From positions 1,376,001 to 1,440,000 of the forward strand of contig OZ252100.1 in NCBI GenBank assembly GCA_965248435.1: a stretch of 64,000 nt of DNA, given 5' to 3'. Shown piece by piece: positions 62,801 to 64,000 of this stretch. Every line of letters begins with the position of its first letter. Position 1 is the first letter of the stretch. Source of the stretch: Candidatus Latescibacterota bacterium. Lineage in GTDB: Bacteria; Latescibacterota; UBA2968; GCA-2709665. The notes under the pieces were generated by a model. It saw only the letters and a program-made list of their open reading frames with translations. It ran no database searches and was not told where the DNA came from. The translations under genes were made by a program, and so were the position numbers.

Positions 62801-63164
62801 CGGTCGCCTTGTCGTAAGAGCAGAGCCCGCTTGTCGTGCCGATCCAAAGGATACCCTCGCTGTCCTCGTAGAGGGCGTTCACGAAGTTTCCGGTGATGGA
62901 GTGCTCGCCAGCGGAGTAACGGTGGAAATCGTAGCCGTTGTACTTGACCAGTCCACTTTGCGTGGCCAACCACCAAAAGCCGTCCCGATCTTGAAGGATT
63001 GCGAATAAATCGAACCCTGTCGCGATCTTCTCGAAGCGCGGGGACTGCGCCCGGGCGTTGGACAGCTCCGCATGCGCTTCAGGTGTTTTAACTTCTTGTG
63101 ATTGTCCGAACCCTGTCGCCAGGCCGATTAGAATAAAGCCTATAAAGATGACCTGTTTTGTCAT
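59856..63164 (-). CDS. Sensor histidine kinase with two-component-regulator beta-propeller and Y_Y_Y domains
   Basis: Many D..G.LWIGT..GL repeats, YRYRLEG.D..W, PPWQTWWF TM, H-box VHEINTP, N/G1/F/G2 boxes; no receiver domain. Confidence 0.93.
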   Translation of the reverse strand: MTKQVIFIGFILIGLATGFGQSQEVKTPEAHAELSNARAQSPRFEKIATGFDLFAILQDRDGFWWLATQSGLVKYNGYDFHRYSAGEHSITGNFVNALYEDSEGILWIGTTSGLCSYDKATDRFTQYKHDPGQPESISNDNILMFQTIVEDRDGAIWVGTGDGLNRYDKSEKRFTRYGSDPTDSAKLIHNFVSAIIQDRHGFLWVGTVHGLHKFDPTNGIVVERYPIRSDDPMSLHGSHINVIMEGSDGTIWVGTDAGLQRLDPVTRTVTHYVADSNRASGLSSNSVYSMIEFPDGKLWITTFGGGLNIFDPDNETFSHHQYNSEANDPDGIGSNILLDIVMDNSGAVWIVTLGGEINRYDPKGQRFQTVRHVPGVHNSVSKGSYIGQIIEDRTGVVWIAVGGAGLDRYDRKTGAFTHYRHVPDDPESLPESYGHALIEDTQGNLWMTSMNWIVLVDRETGKAKKTYPAKAWPHSPIEDRGDPDILWFGTAGLGLLKFHKPTGETTYFEPDPSSETSFSVGVALSIYQDDEGFIWVTSLGGGLDRFDPRTGKVVAKYKHNPDDPTTLASNTLYQFFKDSSGTYWIGSEAGLNRFDPNTGTFRRFSERDGTFPMGSAGQITEYPRGQLWIGGDGGIVRFDPKTGDAQLYRLDFHIGAFRPLVTEDGELWFYEDNTIIRFHPEAITDETTSTSIPVYITSLTQRGKPLNLGAAPEKIRSIHLDWRNNLFEFEFAGLDYRSVGDIQYRYRLEGVDEDWYDAGTTRRGRYAALQGGSYTLEVVAADKDGVWGGHIAELGVVVDRPPWQTWWFRIVAGASVLALAFGWYRRRIRNIETQRKNLEIQVAEKTKEIRDTQVQLVQSEKMAALGKLTAGIVHEINTPVGALKSTVDTMSRCGTKINQILENSNTLAELKDNSAYQKSLQILEDNRKVASSAGERIMKVITSLRNFTRLDEAEFESANIHEGLDSALTLIQHEMKDRVHVEKIYGDIPEIRCYPAELNQVFMTLLRNAAQAIEGKGTITINTSSDENNVYVKISDTGKGMPAEKIKTLFELGFTTKDTRVGMAMGLINAYNIIQNHKGELTVESEVGQGAEFSITLPFNQS

Positions 63165-63403
63165 AGCCTATTTTTCCTTCTTTTTATTTTGGTCAGCGGG
63201 CAAGTAAACACTGAAGGTCGTCTTACCGGGTTGACTTTCTACTTTAATTTAACTTGTGATTCTGTGGTAAAAATTCGGCATATCTCAGTCGTGGCCGAAA
63301 AAATCCGGCATAGTCCATTCGTCGTAAAAAAAATCCAAAATGGGGTAGGGGGTGCCTTTGTCCCCCTTATGCTTTTCAGATCAGCCCCAAAAACTGCCAT
63401 GGC

Positions 63404-63489
63404 AGGTAACGTTCTCGGCACCCACGAACCCGCCGCAGGCAGGTTGGGCGGAGGCCGGATGGCCGGAGCCGCGCACGGTCGTGTTAGGC
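63404..63489 (-). mobile_element. attC-like recombination site downstream of the APH gene
   Basis: Minus strand: GCCTAAC...AACCTGCCTGCGGCGGGTT hairpin...GTTACCT; 30 bp after the APH stop. Confidence 0.6.
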
Positions 63490-63519
63490 GTAGCCACTCC
63501 GGCCACATTACCAAGAGGA

Positions 63520-64000
63520 TCAGAACATCACATCCAGAAGAAGGAAATACTCAATTTTGTCCCAATCCAGTTTCTCTTCAAGACGCTCCAGAAGAAGACC
63601 TACGTGCTGCTCTCCGAGGTCCTCTTTGACGCTCCTTATGCACATGGCAATGTCAAACCATTTGTCTCCGACACCTCCACGGCCCCAGTCGATGATCCCA
63701 GAAATGCGCTGACCATCGACGAAGAAGTTCCCGTCACTCATGTCACCGTGCGAGAACGCGGGCTCCTGGTCTGGAATATTGTCCTTTAGATGCTTGACCA
63801 GCGCTGAGGGCGATGGGAAACCTGTATTCTCGGAGCAAAAGTCTTCTTCGGCGGCGAGTCCACTCTCCAGGAGGTACTCCAATTCCGTCAGTCTGCCTTC
63901 AACGGGAATGGGGATTGGACATTCGACATGATCAATTGATTGAATGAGCCTTAAAGCCTCGATATAAGTATCTATTACTTCTGGAGGATCAAAGTCCTTT
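63520..64000 (-). CDS. Aminoglycoside 3'-phosphotransferase-like, APH(3')-III-type; 5' end beyond the window
   Basis: FSHGDMSDGN, IIDWGRGG..DKWFDIA, KIEYFLLLD; the frame stays open to the window edge (..IEALRLIQSID..CP..RLTELEYLL). Confidence 0.85.
   Translation of the reverse strand, partial: KDFDPPEVIDTYIEALRLIQSIDHVECPIPIPVEGRLTELEYLLESGLAAEEDFCSENTGFPSPSALVKHLKDNIPDQEPAFSHGDMSDGNFFVDGQRISGIIDWGRGGVGDKWFDIAMCIRSVKEDLGEQHVGLLLERLEEKLDWDKIEYFLLLDVMF

Overview
GC-rich (~60% by eye) bacterial chromosomal window. The gene mix (PhyH dioxygenases, URO-D-like proteins, aldo/keto reductases, Ogl/BNR propellers) and the short-period intergenic repeats suggest an uncultured, Latescibacterota-like diderm lineage, but this is inference only. 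About 50 CDS are present: rfbC/rfbB, a Na/Ca antiporter, MEMO1, a single-ORF Lnt-TatC fusion, a BioF-like protein lacking the PLP lysine, TrmJ, a ferredoxin-HTH fusion, a TetR-RND efflux operon, nadA, a stand-alone mraY, an ISL3 element inserted in a REP-like palindrome, prs, modA, many catabolic enzymes and a CzcCBA system. At the right end lies an integron-like cassette segment on the minus strand: an APH(3') gene with an attC-like site, then a ~3.85 kb cassette carrying a GC-mosaic beta-propeller histidine kinase, with an internal defective attC and an 11-bp flanking direct repeat. Main leads are the Lnt-TatC fusion, the nested attC cassette, REPs with payloads inserted at the same position, and the inverted period-7/8 intergenic arrays. 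No rRNA, tRNA or CRISPR array was seen.
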